A DNA stretch of 36,376 bases, taken from contig CAVJRB010000229.1 of the NCBI GenBank assembly GCA_963651655.1, positions 5,007 to 41,382 of the forward strand, in the 5' to 3' direction. Within the stretch, counting starts at the first letter, position 1. Each line of letters starts with the position of its first letter. The DNA is from a bacterium (GTDB lineage Bacteria; Bacillota; Clostridia; Lachnospirales; Lachnospiraceae). The notes below the pieces were generated by a model. The model saw only the letters and a program-made list of their open reading frames with translations, searched no databases and was not told where the DNA came from. Both the position numbers and the translations under genes were made by a program. Positions 20,371-29,539 of the stretch are shown one piece after another.

Positions 20371-22620
20371 TTGAGTACTTCAGGAAGAAAAGCAAAGAAA
20401 AAACCAATTAAAAAAATAAATCACACTATGAAAAATAAGCTGTCAATACTGTTCTTATGCGTATTGGGAGCTTTAGTCGTTTTATTGGGAGTTATTACTT
20501 ATATCAATTTTCACAGCGGTGAAAAATACAAGAAACAGGTATTAAGCCAGGCCCAGCAGAAATACCAGAACCGTACCATACCATCCAAGCGGGGCAGTAT
20601 CTATGACCGGAATGGAAACCTTCTGGCAACCAGCAACAAGGTATACAATGTAATTCTGGACTGCAGGACCATAAACTCAGAGACCGATTATATAGAGCCC
20701 ACGATCCGGGCACTGGAAAATATTTTTGGAGTGGAAGAGACCGCTGTCCGAAAGGCGTTGACAGATGATGCAACAAAGGACAGCCAGTACTGGGTAATCA
20801 AAAGGGCTGCCAGTATGGATGATCAGAAAGCCTTTGAGGATTACTGTGACCTTTCCGATACTACAGGCCTTACAGAAGCAGAAATTAAGGAACGGCAGAA
20901 TGTGAAGGGCGTCTGGTTTGAGGAGGATTATCAGAGAGTTTATCCTTATAATGAGCTTGCATGCGATACGCTTGGCTTCACCTATTCCAGGGACTCGGCA
21001 GATTATGGCCTGGAAGGCTATTACAACAGCAGTCTTGTGGGAATCGACGGCCGCCAGTACGGCTATCTCAACGATGATTCCAATGTGGAGCAGACTATTA
21101 TTGAGGCAAAGGATGGAAACAACCTGGAAACCAGCCTGGATCTTGGCATTCAGCAAATTGTGGAAAAATGGGTGAATGCTTTTATGGAATCCACAGGAGC
21201 CAAGAACATCGGCGTGATTGTGGAGAACCCTAATAACGGTGAAATCCTTGCAATGGATGGAGGAGACCGTTATGACCTGAACGATCCCCGTGATCTTTCT
21301 GACCAGTATACAAAGGAAGAACAGGCTGCCATGAGTGATTCGGAGACCATGACGATCTTAAGCGACAGATGGAACAACTTCTGCGTTACAGATATTTATG
21401 AACCGGGTTCTGTTGTGAAGCCCATTGTCATGGCGGCAGCTCTGGAGCAGGGAAAAATTTCCACAAGCGACACTTTCTACTGTGATGGATTCCAGAACTT
21501 TGGTGTGGAAGGAAATATGACTACCATCAAGTGTGCGAATATCTACGGTCACGGCATGGAGACTCTTGCAGAGGTGATTGCCAATTCCTGCAACGATGCC
21601 ATGATGCAGATCGGTGCAGCCATGGGTGCAGAGAATTTCCTTCGGGCTCAGAGTACCTTTAACTTTGGAAGCAGAACCGGAATTGATCTTCCAAATGAAG
21701 GCTACGGTATTATGCATACCATCGAGACCATGAAGGAGACGGAGCTTGCATGTTCTGCCTTTGGTCAGGGCTTCAGCTGCACCATGATCCAGGAGATCAA
21801 TGCCATGTGCTCTGTGATCAATGGCGGCTATTACTATCAGCCTCATCTTGTTACCAAGATTAAGGATGCCAGTGGCGCTACCGTGAAAAACATCAGCCCG
21901 ATCCTTCAGAAGCAGACCATTTCCGAGAGTATTTCTGCAGATATCCGCAGCTACATGCAGGCCAGTGTGGAACAGGGTACCAGTATGACTTCCAAGGTGC
22001 AGGGCTACAGCTCAGGCGGTAAGACCGGAACCGCGGAGAAATTCCCGCGAGGAAACGGCAAATATGTAGTTTCCTTCATTGGTTTTGCCCCGGTAGAGGA
22101 GCCCCAGGTGGTAATCTATGTAGTCATTGATGAGCCAAATGTGGAAGATCAGGCAAGCAGTGTTTATGCCCAGTACGTGGCACAGGCCATTTTTTCTGAG
22201 ATGCTGCCTTATATGAACATTCAGCCGGATGAATCCACAGACGGAACCATTCCGGAGACAGAGCTGTGGGAGAAATTCAGCGGTTATGCGAACAATGTGT
22301 CTAATAGCCAGATCGATGAAAACGGCAATCTTGTAGACGGAAATGGAAACCTGATCGACTGGGACGGCAACCGCATTGACGAGAACGGCTATCTTCTCAA
22401 CAGCGATGGAAGCTACCAGATGGATGAAAACGGAGAGTATATCAAGTCCGACAATCTTGAGGGAACAAGCAATACCTATACAGGCTCTGCAGGTGAGACA
22501 CTGCCGGAGGCTGTTTCCGATACCAACGTTCCCGGTCCGCCGGAAGATACCACGGATCCCATCCAGGACAACAACATGGAAAGCGAAGGCATTACAAACG
22601 AAGAAGCTGGTCTTGATTGA
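20371..22620 (+). CDS. ftsI: Class B penicillin-binding protein (FtsI-like transpeptidase)
   Basis: TTG start; N-terminal TM; RGSIYDRNG; SVVK, SCN and KTG catalytic motifs; acidic C-terminal repeat tail. Confidence 0.8.
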   Translation: MSTSGRKAKKKPIKKINHTMKNKLSILFLCVLGALVVLLGVITYINFHSGEKYKKQVLSQAQQKYQNRTIPSKRGSIYDRNGNLLATSNKVYNVILDCRTINSETDYIEPTIRALENIFGVEETAVRKALTDDATKDSQYWVIKRAASMDDQKAFEDYCDLSDTTGLTEAEIKERQNVKGVWFEEDYQRVYPYNELACDTLGFTYSRDSADYGLEGYYNSSLVGIDGRQYGYLNDDSNVEQTIIEAKDGNNLETSLDLGIQQIVEKWVNAFMESTGAKNIGVIVENPNNGEILAMDGGDRYDLNDPRDLSDQYTKEEQAAMSDSETMTILSDRWNNFCVTDIYEPGSVVKPIVMAAALEQGKISTSDTFYCDGFQNFGVEGNMTTIKCANIYGHGMETLAEVIANSCNDAMMQIGAAMGAENFLRAQSTFNFGSRTGIDLPNEGYGIMHTIETMKETELACSAFGQGFSCTMIQEINAMCSVINGGYYYQPHLVTKIKDASGATVKNISPILQKQTISESISADIRSYMQASVEQGTSMTSKVQGYSSGGKTGTAEKFPRGNGKYVVSFIGFAPVEEPQVVIYVVIDEPNVEDQASSVYAQYVAQAIFSEMLPYMNIQPDESTDGTIPETELWEKFSGYANNVSNSQIDENGNLVDGNGNLIDWDGNRIDENGYLLNSDGSYQMDENGEYIKSDNLEGTSNTYTGSAGETLPEAVSDTNVPGPPEDTTDPIQDNNMESEGITNEEAGLD
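22312..22452 (+). repeat. ~7-aa D-x-x-G coding repeats in the bPBP C-terminus
   Basis: IDENGNL VDGNGNL IDWDGNR IDENGYL LNSDGSYQ MDENGEY. Confidence 0.8.
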
Positions 22621-22632
22621 TCAGAGAGGAAA

Positions 22633-22661
22633 CATACCCCCGCGGGGAACTGTCATATATT
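22633..22661 (+). promoter_or_regulatory. Putative sigmaE (mother-cell) promoter of spoVD
   Basis: cATA (22633-22636), 17 bp, CATATATT (22654-22661); fits the ATA-N16-18-CATAnnnT consensus. Confidence 0.6.
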
Positions 22662-22693
22662 AATTGTGACAGTTTCCGTCGGGGGATTTTTTT
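22637..22693 (+). terminator. Terminator-like hairpin between ftsI-like PBP and spoVD
   Basis: CCCCCGCGGGGAACTGTCA (22637-22655) pairs imperfectly with TGACAGTTTCCGTCGGGGG (22667-22685), followed by A-T7. Confidence 0.75.
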
Positions 22694-24424
22694 ATGAAAA
22701 AAGCCATGACCTTTCACAGGAAAAAAATCTGGCTGGTCTTTCTCATATGTGCAGTCATGATGCTGGGAATGATCGGCCGGCTGGTCTATCTGATGGGGTT
22801 CCGGTCAGATTACTATTACCAGAAAGCACAGGATCTTCATGAAAGAGAGAGGGACATCAAAGCCGCAAGAGGCCAGATCCTGGATGCCCAGGGGCGGGTG
22901 CTGGCAGATAATAAGACAGTCTGCACCATTTCTGTCATACACAGCCAGATCAAGGAGCCGGAGAAGGTGATTCAGATTCTGTCAAAAGAACTGGATATGG
23001 ACACAGAAACCGTGCGAAAAAGAGTGGAAAAGGTATCTTCTATTGAAAGGATCAAAACTAATGTGGACAAATCTGTGGGAGATACCATCCGGGATTACGG
23101 CCTTGAGGGCGTGAAGGTAGACGAAGACTACAAAAGATATTATCCCTACGGCTCTCTGGCCTCCAAGGTTCTGGGTTTTACAGGAGGGGATAACCAGGGA
23201 ATCATCGGGCTTGAGGTAAAGTATGAGGAGGTTCTGAAAGGGGAAAATGGCAAAATTTTGACCACCACAGATGCCCGGGGCGTGGAAATCGACCAGATTG
23301 GAGAAAGCAGAAAGGATCCAATCCCCGGTGAAAACCTGAAAATCAGCCTGGATATTGATATCCAGCAGTACGCCCAGCAGGCGGCCCTTAAGGTGATGGA
23401 GGAAAAGCAGGCCGCCCGCGTGTCCATCCTGCTTATGAATCCTCAGAACGGGGAAATCTATGCCTGCGTCAATGTGCCGGAATTTGACCTGAACGATCCC
23501 TTTACCTTAAATACAGACGTGGATACTACAGGAATGACCCAGCAGGAAAAACAGGATCTTCTGAACCAGATGTGGCGAAATCCGTGCCTGAATGACACCT
23601 ATGAGCCGGGCTCTACCTTTAAGATCATCACCATGTCAGCAGGACTGGAGGCAGGTGTGGTTTCTGTAAATGACCGCTTCTACTGCCCGGGCTACAAGGT
23701 GGTGGATGACCGCCGGATCCACTGTGCCAGAAGGACGGGGCACGGCTCCCAGAATTTTGTGGAAGGGGCACAGAATTCCTGCAACCCGGTATTTATCGAG
23801 GTGGGGCTGCGTCTTGGCGTGGAAAATTACTATCATTACTTTGAACAGTTTGGACTGAAAAAGAAAACAGGCGTGGATCTTCCAGGAGAAGCGGGAACCA
23901 TTATGCACAAAATGGAAAATATGGGAAATGTGGAGCTGGCCACAGTGGCATTCGGCCAGTCTTTTCAGATCACGCCCATTCAGCTTGCCACTACCGTAAG
24001 CTCCCTGATCAACGGGGGAAGGCGGATCACGCCCCATTTTGGAGTGTCAGTGCTAAGTGCAGACGGACTTAGCGGAAGGAAGCTGGAATATCCGGTGGAA
24101 GAGGGCATCGTTTCTGAGAAAACCTCTGAAACTGTGCGGCAGATCCTGGAAAAGGTAGTGTCAGAGGGCTCCGGGCGAAACGCCCAGATCGAGGGCTATA
24201 CAGTGGGCGGAAAAACTGCCACATCCCAGACCCTTCCCAGAAGCGCCAACCGTTACATTTCCTCCTTCCTCGGCTTTATGCCTGCCGAAAATCCACAGAT
24301 TCTGGGGCTTTGCATCATCCACGATCCCCAGGGCGTTTACTACGGCGGAACCATTGCCGCACCTGTGATCAAAAGCATTTTTGAAGCAGTTTTATCGTCG
24401 AAAAGCAACCTATGGGTTGATTAA
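22694..24424 (+). CDS. spoVD: Sporulation class B PBP (SpoVD-like)
   Basis: RGQILD, DNQGIIGLE, EPGSTFK, SCN, AFGQ, KTAT; second bPBP of the cluster; sigmaE-like promoter; no PASTA tail. Confidence 0.8.
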   Translation: MKKAMTFHRKKIWLVFLICAVMMLGMIGRLVYLMGFRSDYYYQKAQDLHERERDIKAARGQILDAQGRVLADNKTVCTISVIHSQIKEPEKVIQILSKELDMDTETVRKRVEKVSSIERIKTNVDKSVGDTIRDYGLEGVKVDEDYKRYYPYGSLASKVLGFTGGDNQGIIGLEVKYEEVLKGENGKILTTTDARGVEIDQIGESRKDPIPGENLKISLDIDIQQYAQQAALKVMEEKQAARVSILLMNPQNGEIYACVNVPEFDLNDPFTLNTDVDTTGMTQQEKQDLLNQMWRNPCLNDTYEPGSTFKIITMSAGLEAGVVSVNDRFYCPGYKVVDDRRIHCARRTGHGSQNFVEGAQNSCNPVFIEVGLRLGVENYYHYFEQFGLKKKTGVDLPGEAGTIMHKMENMGNVELATVAFGQSFQITPIQLATTVSSLINGGRRITPHFGVSVLSADGLSGRKLEYPVEEGIVSEKTSETVRQILEKVVSEGSGRNAQIEGYTVGGKTATSQTLPRSANRYISSFLGFMPAENPQILGLCIIHDPQGVYYGGTIAAPVIKSIFEAVLSSKSNLWVD

Positions 24425-24445
24425 TAAGGGGAAAAGCTTTATACT
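24417..24445 (+). promoter_or_regulatory. sigmaA promoter of mraY-murD
   Basis: TTGATT (24417-24422), 17 bp, TATACT (24440-24445). Confidence 0.7.
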
Positions 24446-24500
24446 ATAAGGTGCTTCAAAAAACAAAAATGAAAAACGAAAGAGTTAAAGAGGTGTGAGG

Positions 24501-25457
24501 ATGGAATTTCATATTGTGATCCCGGTGCTGATTTCTTTTGCAATCAGTGCAGTATTAGGACCTGTTATCATTCCGTTTCTTAGGAAACTGAAAATGGGAC
24601 AGACAGAGCGTACAGAGGGCGTACAGTCCCATCTGAAGAAAGCCGGAACCCCGACTATGGGCGGCGTGATTTTTCTGATATCCACGATTATTACTTCATT
24701 ATTCTATGTGAAAGACTACCCGAAGATCATTCCGGTGCTGTTCCTGACATTAGGCTTCGGACTGATCGGATTTCTGGATGACTACCTGAAGGTAGTGCTT
24801 CGCAGATCAGACGGACTTCTTCCATGGCAGAAGTTCCTGCTTCAGGTGGTTGTAACCGGTATTTTCACCTTCTATCTGCTGAAATATACCGATGTATCCC
24901 TGACCATGCGCATTCCGTTCTGGGGCGGACATTATCTGAACCTTGGATGGCTTGCTGTCCCGGTTCTGTTCTTTGCTGTGATCGGAACTGTCAATGGCGT
25001 GAACTTTACAGACGGTGTTGACGGCCTTGCCACAAGCGTTACCCTGATCGTAGCAGTGTTCTTCACCGTGGTATCCATTGGAACACAGTCCGGAATTGAG
25101 CCGGTTACCTGTGCGGTTATCGGCGGACTGATGGGATTTTTGCTTTACAACGTATATCCGGCAAGCGTATTTATGGGAGATACCGGTTCCCTGGCACTTG
25201 GCGGCTTTGTAGCCGGCGTGGCATATATGCTTCAGATGCCCCTGTTTATCCTGATCGTAGGACTGATCTACCTGGTTGAGGTACTGTCCGTTATGATCCA
25301 GGTAACATACTTCAAGGCTACACATGGCAAGCGTATTTTCAAAATGGCTCCCATCCATCACCATTTCGAGCTTTGCGGATGGTCTGAAGCCCGCGTAGTT
25401 GCAGTGTTTACCATTGTGACTGCCATCATGTGCCTGATCGGCCTTTTGGCTTTGTAA
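24501..25457 (+). CDS. mraY: Phospho-N-acetylmuramoyl-pentapeptide transferase
   Basis: KAGTPTMGG, GFLDDY, NFTDGVDGL, FMGDTGS, MAPIHHHFE. ATG 24501 after SD GAGGTG preferred over GTG 24495. Confidence 0.96.
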   Translation: MEFHIVIPVLISFAISAVLGPVIIPFLRKLKMGQTERTEGVQSHLKKAGTPTMGGVIFLISTIITSLFYVKDYPKIIPVLFLTLGFGLIGFLDDYLKVVLRRSDGLLPWQKFLLQVVVTGIFTFYLLKYTDVSLTMRIPFWGGHYLNLGWLAVPVLFFAVIGTVNGVNFTDGVDGLATSVTLIVAVFFTVVSIGTQSGIEPVTCAVIGGLMGFLLYNVYPASVFMGDTGSLALGGFVAGVAYMLQMPLFILIVGLIYLVEVLSVMIQVTYFKATHGKRIFKMAPIHHHFELCGWSEARVVAVFTIVTAIMCLIGLLAL

Positions 25458-25479
25458 GGCATTAAGGAGGAATTTTATT

Positions 25480-26835
25480 ATGGAATTAAAAGGAAAAAAG
25501 GTTCTGGTTTTCGGAGCCGGCAAAAGCGGCATCGGTGCAGCAGACCTTCTGGGTGCTGTAGGTGCCTGCCCCATTCTCTATGACGGAAAAGCAGACCTGG
25601 ATAAAGAAAGCGTATTACATAAAACAAGCGGCAATTATGAACTTCAGATCTATGCAGGAGAGCTTCCAAAGGAGGTTCAGGACAGCCTTGACCTGGTTGT
25701 GTTAAGCCCTGGCGTTCCTACGGACCTTCCAATCGTGAAGAGCTTCTATGAGCAGGGACTTCCTGTATGGGGAGAGGTTGAGCTCGCCTATGAGACCGGA
25801 AAGGGTGAGGTTCTTGCCATTACCGGAACCAACGGCAAGACAACCACAACTGCTCTTCTTGGCAAGATCATGAAGGATGCAAGAGAGTCTGTTTTTGTAG
25901 TAGGAAATATCGGTACCCCATACACCTCCAAGGCATTGGAGATGAAAGACAACACTATTACAGTTGCAGAGATCAGCAGCTTCCAGCTTGAGACTATTTC
26001 CAAGTTTGCTCCCAGGGTAAGCGCCATCCTGAACATTACAGAGGATCACCTGAACCGCCATCATACCATGGCAGAGTACATCCGTGTGAAAGAGCTGATC
26101 ACCAGCAACCAGGGACCGGAGGATGTGTGCGTACTGAATTATGAGGACGAGGTTCTCCGTGAGTTTGGTAAGCATATCGTACCGAAGACCGTATATTTCT
26201 CCAGCGCAAGAAGACTGGAGCAGGGTATTTTCCTTGAAGGAGACCAGATCATTCTTCGCACCGAGACAGAAGAGATTCCGGTAGTGAAGACAGGAGACCT
26301 GAAGCTTCTTGGACTTCACAACTTTGAGAATGTAATGGCAGCAGTTGCCATGGCTTATTACGCTGGCGTTGACATGGACAGCATCCGTAAGAGCGTCTGC
26401 GAATTTACAGCCGTTGAGCACAGAATCGAGTATGTGACAGAGAAGAACGGCGTCGCTTACTACAACGATTCCAAGGGAACCAACCCGGATGCAGCCATCA
26501 AGGGAATCCAGGCTATGAACCGTCCTACGCTTCTGATCGGCGGCGGCTATGACAAGGAATCCAGCTATGACGAGTGGATCCAGGCCTTTGACGGCAAGGT
26601 AAGATACCTGGTTCTCATCGGACAGACCAAGGAGAAGATCAAGGCAGCAGCCGAGAAGAACGGCTTCCATGATATTATCCTCTGTGAGGACTTAAAGGAA
26701 GCGGTTCAGGTGTGTGCAGACAAGGCAAATGCCGGAGACGCAGTTCTGTTGTCACCTGCCTGCGCAAGCTGGGGACAGTTTGACAACTATGAGCAGAGAG
26801 GCGAGATGTTCAAGGAGTTCGTAAGAGCTCTGTAA
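25480..26835 (+). CDS. murD: UDP-N-acetylmuramoyl-L-alanine--D-glutamate ligase
   Basis: GAGKSG, SPG, ITGTNGKTTT, EISSFQL, NDSKGTN, LSPACASW. Confidence 0.97.
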   Translation: MELKGKKVLVFGAGKSGIGAADLLGAVGACPILYDGKADLDKESVLHKTSGNYELQIYAGELPKEVQDSLDLVVLSPGVPTDLPIVKSFYEQGLPVWGEVELAYETGKGEVLAITGTNGKTTTTALLGKIMKDARESVFVVGNIGTPYTSKALEMKDNTITVAEISSFQLETISKFAPRVSAILNITEDHLNRHHTMAEYIRVKELITSNQGPEDVCVLNYEDEVLREFGKHIVPKTVYFSSARRLEQGIFLEGDQIILRTETEEIPVVKTGDLKLLGLHNFENVMAAVAMAYYAGVDMDSIRKSVCEFTAVEHRIEYVTEKNGVAYYNDSKGTNPDAAIKGIQAMNRPTLLIGGGYDKESSYDEWIQAFDGKVRYLVLIGQTKEKIKAAAEKNGFHDIILCEDLKEAVQVCADKANAGDAVLLSPACASWGQFDNYEQRGEMFKEFVRAL

Positions 26836-26846
26836 GAATGCATATT

Positions 26847-26879
26847 GACCCAGGGAGCTATTTCCCTGGGTTATTTTTT
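26847..26879 (+). terminator. Intrinsic terminator after murD
   Basis: GACCCAGGGA-GCTATT-TCCCTGGGTT followed by ATTTTTT. Confidence 0.8.
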
Positions 26880-26899
26880 CATAGGGGAAAATCCCCAGA

Positions 26900-26927
26900 C
26901 ATAGGTGTTCATCCTCTGGCATATGCT
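26900..26927 (+). promoter_or_regulatory. Putative sigmaE promoter of spoVE
   Basis: cATA (26900-26903), 16 bp, CATATGCT (26920-26927), just after the murD terminator. Confidence 0.55.
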
Positions 26928-26955
26928 TAAATAAGGCAGCCAGCAGGAGCAAGCT

Positions 26956-28047
26956 ATGATCCGGGAGAAAAATCCAAAAATGAAAACAGATACGGTTCTT
27001 CTGATCCTGGTGCTGCTTCTGGCAGTATTCGGGCTGATCATGCTGTTTTCCATCAGTGAATACAATGGCAGAGTGCGTTTCGGCGACTCTGCCTATTATT
27101 TTAAAAAGCAGCTTTTTGCCACAGCCCTTGGACTTATGGCAATGTACATAGTAGCGGAAATGGATTACCGCTTTTTCGTGGGGCTTGCACCGGCTGCCTA
27201 TCTTTTGTCCATGGCACTTTCCACTGCGGTTCTGCTGGTGGGACAGGAGATTAACGGTTCCAAGAGGTGGCTGAATTTTGGACCTCTTTCCTTTCAGCCC
27301 TCAGAGTTTGCCAAGGTCGCCGTGATTCTGTTCCTCACCTGGCAGATCGAAAAGAGCAGAAAAAAGACAGCAGGCTTCTGGTTTATGTGCAGGACCATGA
27401 TGACCCTGCTTCCAATCGTGGGGCTGGTCGGCACCAATAACCTGAGTACTGCCATTATCATACTTGGAATCGGCGTAGTGCTGATCTTTGTATCAGACCC
27501 TGGATATGCAAGGTTTATTGGAATGGGAGCCGCCGGGGTGGCGGTGATCGCGGTGTTTCTGGCAGCGGAAAGCTACCGGCTGGAACGGCTGGCAATTTGG
27601 CGGAATCCTGAGAAATACGAAAAAGGCTTCCAGACCATACAGGGGCTTTATGCCATTGGAAGCGGCGGAATCTTCGGCAGGGGATTTGGCAGCAGCCTTC
27701 AGAAGCTGGGGTTCGTGCCGGAGGCGCAGAATGATATGATTTTTTCCATTATCTGTGAGGAACTGGGGCTTGCCGGGGCTTCTTTTCTGATCCTGATCTT
27801 CGGACTGCTTTTGTGGAGGCTGTGCGTGATCGCTCTGCACTGCCGGGATCTGGAGGGCACCCTGATCTGCAGCGGCATTATGAGCCACATGGCGATCCAG
27901 GTGATCCTGAACATTGCGGTTGTGACCAATACCATCCCCAATACAGGAATTACACTTCCTTTTGTAAGCTACGGAGGAACGTCTGTGGTGTTCCTTCTCG
28001 GAGAAATGGGTCTGGCCTTAAGCGTAAGCCGCGGTGGAATGAAATAG
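26956..28047 (+). CDS. spoVE: SEDS peptidoglycan glycosyltransferase (FtsW/SpoVE family)
   Basis: GSKRW, FQPSEFAK, AIGSGG, PEAQNDMIFSIICEELG, PFVSYGG. The spoVE label rather than ftsW rests on position and the sigmaE-like promoter. Confidence 0.75.
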   Translation: MIREKNPKMKTDTVLLILVLLLAVFGLIMLFSISEYNGRVRFGDSAYYFKKQLFATALGLMAMYIVAEMDYRFFVGLAPAAYLLSMALSTAVLLVGQEINGSKRWLNFGPLSFQPSEFAKVAVILFLTWQIEKSRKKTAGFWFMCRTMMTLLPIVGLVGTNNLSTAIIILGIGVVLIFVSDPGYARFIGMGAAGVAVIAVFLAAESYRLERLAIWRNPEKYEKGFQTIQGLYAIGSGGIFGRGFGSSLQKLGFVPEAQNDMIFSIICEELGLAGASFLILIFGLLLWRLCVIALHCRDLEGTLICSGIMSHMAIQVILNIAVVTNTIPNTGITLPFVSYGGTSVVFLLGEMGLALSVSRGGMK

Positions 28048-28057
28048 CTGTCTGATT

Positions 28058-28201
28058 GTTACTGTTCACTGGCAATGTTCCGCGAGGTGTTTTTTGTGAA
28101 CAAAGTTCACAGAAAACCCGAGAATTGCGGCGCGAAATCATGCGAATGCATGATTTCTGTGCATCGCGAAGCGCGTTGCTGTGAACGGAGTGAACAGTAA
28201 C
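28058..28201. mobile_element. MITE-like non-autonomous element, 144 bp, 13-bp TIRs, 8-bp TSD
   Basis: GTTACTGTTCACT (28058-28070) and AGTGAACAGTAAC (28189-28201) are perfect inverted repeats; GTCTGATT directly flanks both ends (28050-28057, 28202-28209). Confidence 0.85.
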
Positions 28202-28272
28202 GTCTGATTTTATCACCAGATTAAGAAAACTGCATAGAATAAAAGGTAAGAGGCCCTTTAGGAGTGAATGGC

Positions 28273-29532
28273 TTGAATGACCGGATTTTCATTGAAGGGG
28301 GACACAAGCTGAAGGGAAATGTTCAGATACAGGGCTCCAAAAATGCAGCGCTGCCTATGATGGCGGCTTCTCTTTTACACCGGGGAGTGAGCGTACTGAA
28401 AGGCTGTCCGAGAATTGCGGATGTATTTTGCATGGAAGAAATCCTGCAGAATCTGGGGGCTGTGACCTGGTGGGAGGACCACGATCTGTATCTGGACTGC
28501 ACCAAAGCGGACAAAACAGAGGTTCCTTTTTCCTTCACAGGGAGAATGCGGTCTTCTGTGATCCTTCTGGGGGCACTTCTTGGAAGAAATAAAAAAGGCA
28601 GTCTTGGCTATCCGGGGGGATGCGTGATCGGAAAACGCCCCATTGACATGCATCTTCTGGTTCTGGAAAGTCTTGGGGCCAGGATACAGGAAGAGGCAGG
28701 GCAGTTAAGCGCAGAGTGTGAAAGAATGAAGGGAACAGAGTTCTCTTTTCCAAAAAGAAGTGTGGGAGCCACCCAGCAGGGAATTCTGGGGGCAGTGCTG
28801 GCAAAGGGAGAAACGGTTCTGGAAAACTGTGCCTGCGAGCCGGAAATCAGCTGGCTTTGTCATTATCTTCGTACCATGGGCGCGCAGATTACAGGAGACG
28901 GCACCGGGCGAATCTGCGTCAGCGGAGTGGAAGGCCTGAGGGGAGGCAGCATTTGGGTGCCGCCGGACCGGATCGTGGCAGGAACCTATATCTGTGCGGC
29001 TGCCATTACAAGAAGTGAGATCACCCTGACCGGTCCGCCGGAGGGGGAACTTGATTCCTTTCTGGAAGTATATCGGAAAATGGGTGGACAATATAGCGGC
29101 ATCGGTGGTAAACTGTTAGTCAATGGAAAAAATGTTCACAGCCCCGTAGAGTTTCTGGAAACAGGCGTATATCCGGGCTTTCCTACAGACCTGCAGTCTC
29201 CTCTGATGGCGGTTCTGACCACTGTGGAAGGCACAAGCCTTATTCGGGAAGCTATTTTTGAGGACCGCTACAAGGCAGCGCCGGAACTGGTGCGTATGGG
29301 AGCGGACATCCGAATCTTGGGAAGAGACGCTCTGATCCAGGGCGGGAAGCCCCTTACCGGCACCTTTGTAAGAGCACAGGAATTAAGAGGTGGCGCAGCG
29401 CTGATACTGGCAGCACTGGCGGCTGCCGGAACCACGGTTCTGGAAGGCTATTCTTTTGTGCGAAGGGGATATGAGCATATTTGCCAGGATCTTGAGCAGT
29501 TAGGTGCGGCAGTAAAAAAGATACAGGAATAA
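28273..29532 (+). CDS. murA: UDP-N-acetylglucosamine 1-carboxyvinyltransferase (MurA paralog)
   Basis: GSKNAALP, MRSS, PGGCVIGKRP (catalytic Cys), EPEI, PDRI, YPGFPTDLQ, RGYE. TTG 28273 lies 8 nt after AGGAG and is the likelier start than GTG 28264. Confidence 0.92.
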   Translation: MNDRIFIEGGHKLKGNVQIQGSKNAALPMMAASLLHRGVSVLKGCPRIADVFCMEEILQNLGAVTWWEDHDLYLDCTKADKTEVPFSFTGRMRSSVILLGALLGRNKKGSLGYPGGCVIGKRPIDMHLLVLESLGARIQEEAGQLSAECERMKGTEFSFPKRSVGATQQGILGAVLAKGETVLENCACEPEISWLCHYLRTMGAQITGDGTGRICVSGVEGLRGGSIWVPPDRIVAGTYICAAAITRSEITLTGPPEGELDSFLEVYRKMGGQYSGIGGKLLVNGKNVHSPVEFLETGVYPGFPTDLQSPLMAVLTTVEGTSLIREAIFEDRYKAAPELVRMGADIRILGRDALIQGGKPLTGTFVRAQELRGGAALILAALAAAGTTVLEGYSFVRRGYEHICQDLEQLGAAVKKIQE

Positions 29533-29539
29533 CAGCATT

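Noticed and set aside
25702..26670. 322-aa minus-strand ORF opposite murD, and similar ORFs opposite fmt, mraY, ychF, rpe and xfp
   Set aside because: Stop-poor antisense frames are expected opposite highly biased conserved genes; no independent evidence.
28609..28641. MurA as a fosfomycin-resistant variant
   Set aside because: Catalytic Cys is intact (PGGCVIGKRP); no Cys-to-Asp change.
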